16,122 nucleotides of DNA from Armatimonadota bacterium (GTDB taxonomy: Bacteria; Armatimonadota; Armatimonadia; Armatimonadales; Armatimonadaceae): NCBI GenBank assembly GCA_043754515.1, contig JAYUUO010000059.1, positions 1 through 16,122 on the forward strand. The letters run 5' to 3'. The translations under genes and the position numbers were made by a program. The notes beneath the pieces are model-generated. The model made no database searches. It was not told the DNA's origin and was given only the letters and a program-made list of their open reading frames with translations. Positions 15,333-16,122 of this stretch are shown here, in pieces (the stretch's first letter is position 1; each line of letters begins with the position of its first letter).

Positions 15333-15806
15333 ATCGTCCGGGAAGAACGCGTCGGTCTGCCGCGCGGCGGCGTCGCGCATCTCGTCCGCCGTCCAGAACC
15401 GGTACGCGGTGATCCCCAGCTTCTCGTACGGTAGCAGGTTGGCGTCCGACACCGCGTCTCTACCGACCCGGAGCGTCACGGGGAACCACTGCTCGACCGA
15501 GAGCATCCGCGTCGGGGCGTCCAGCGTGCCCCATGGCACGACGCGGCGACGCTCGAACAGCGGCTCGCCGATCAGCGCGTCGGCTCCCGCGACAAGCCCC
15601 GTCTCCTCCCACAACTCGCGCACGGCGGTCCGCGCGAACGACTCGCCGGGATCAACGCCGCCGCCCGGGGTCGTCCAGCAGACGCAACCGGCGGGCACGC
15701 GGGCGATCATAAACGGGTCGCGCACCGCCAGCCAGAGCATGGCGCGCGTGGGCAGGTGGACGAGTATTAGGCGGGCGGACGCGCGTTCGGGTAGGGGGTC
15801 GGTCAT
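15297..15806 (-). CDS. Nudix hydrolase
   Basis: Nudix box PGGGVDPGESFARTAVRELWEETGL. ATG at 15806 preceded by TGGTACAAT. The 3' end overlaps the GT9 gene by 36 bp. Confidence 0.88.
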   Translation of the reverse strand: MTDPLPERASARLILVHLPTRAMLWLAVRDPFMIARVPAGCVCWTTPGGGVDPGESFARTAVRELWEETGLVAGADALIGEPLFERRRVVPWGTLDAPTRMLSVEQWFPVTLRVGRDAVSDANLLPYEKLGITAYRFWTADEMRDAAARQTDAFFPDDLAAALDDWQGA

Positions 15807-15877
15807 GGCGGGTGGATTGTACCAGACGTAAAGACACGCCGCCGTATTACGGGGCGGGGTTATCGTTTTCCAGGCCG

Positions 15878-16122
15878 CCCGGCGGGCAGGGCGAGCGCAT
15901 CGGGCTCCGCGCCCCGCGCCACCCGCAAGTGCCCGGAACCGGTAGAGTTTGGCCTCGCACATCGGACTCCCACCTGCAAGTGCCCGGCCCGCCCTAGCCC
16001 CCGGTAAAGCCGCCCGCCGCCTGCGGCTCCCGGCGGGCAGGGCGAGCGCATCTGAATCGCCCCGCGCGTCGGACTCCCACCCCCCTAACCCCCTCCCTCA
16101 ATCCTTGAGAGAGGGGGGAACC
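15878..16122. repeat. Mosaic of intergenic direct repeats and a REP-like hairpin
   Basis: 24-mer at 15878 and 16029, 18-mer CCACCYGCAAGTGCCCGG at 15919 and 15970, 13-mer TCGGACTCCCACC at 15962 and 16069, hairpin CCCCCTCCCTCAA-TCC-TTGAGAGAGGGGG at 16089-16117. Confidence 0.75.

Noticed and set aside
15878..16081. CRISPR array
   Set aside because: Only two copies of each repeat, irregular spacing, and no cas genes.

Overview
GC-rich bacterial chromosomal window (lineage not determinable with confidence). Left part, minus strand: YprB/RNase_H_2-type exonuclease, LuxR-family regulator, sugar-phosphate isomerase/epimerase, orphan MacB/LolD-type ABC ATPase, a tRNA-Thr(UGU)-tRNA-Tyr(GUA) operon behind a perfect TTGACA-17-TATAAT promoter, two hypotheticals, a HAD hydrolase, an HEXXH protein and a small coiled-coil protein. 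Right part, plus strand: a membrane-anchored hypothetical, two antitoxin-like genes plus a RelE/ParE toxin, then a heptose/surface-glycan operon (HldC/RfaE2, one GT4, three GT9), a convergent Nudix hydrolase and REP-like repeats. The standout is 7463-8616: a 244-aa uncharacterised protein followed by a ~360-nt ORF-poor region with its own -10 box and terminator. That region folds by eye into two circularly permuted tRNA-like modules (T-arm, acceptor stem, D-arm, no anticodon loop) with several possible long-range pairings. It is a candidate large structured ncRNA plus partner protein. All folds were derived by eye; no searches or folding programs were run.
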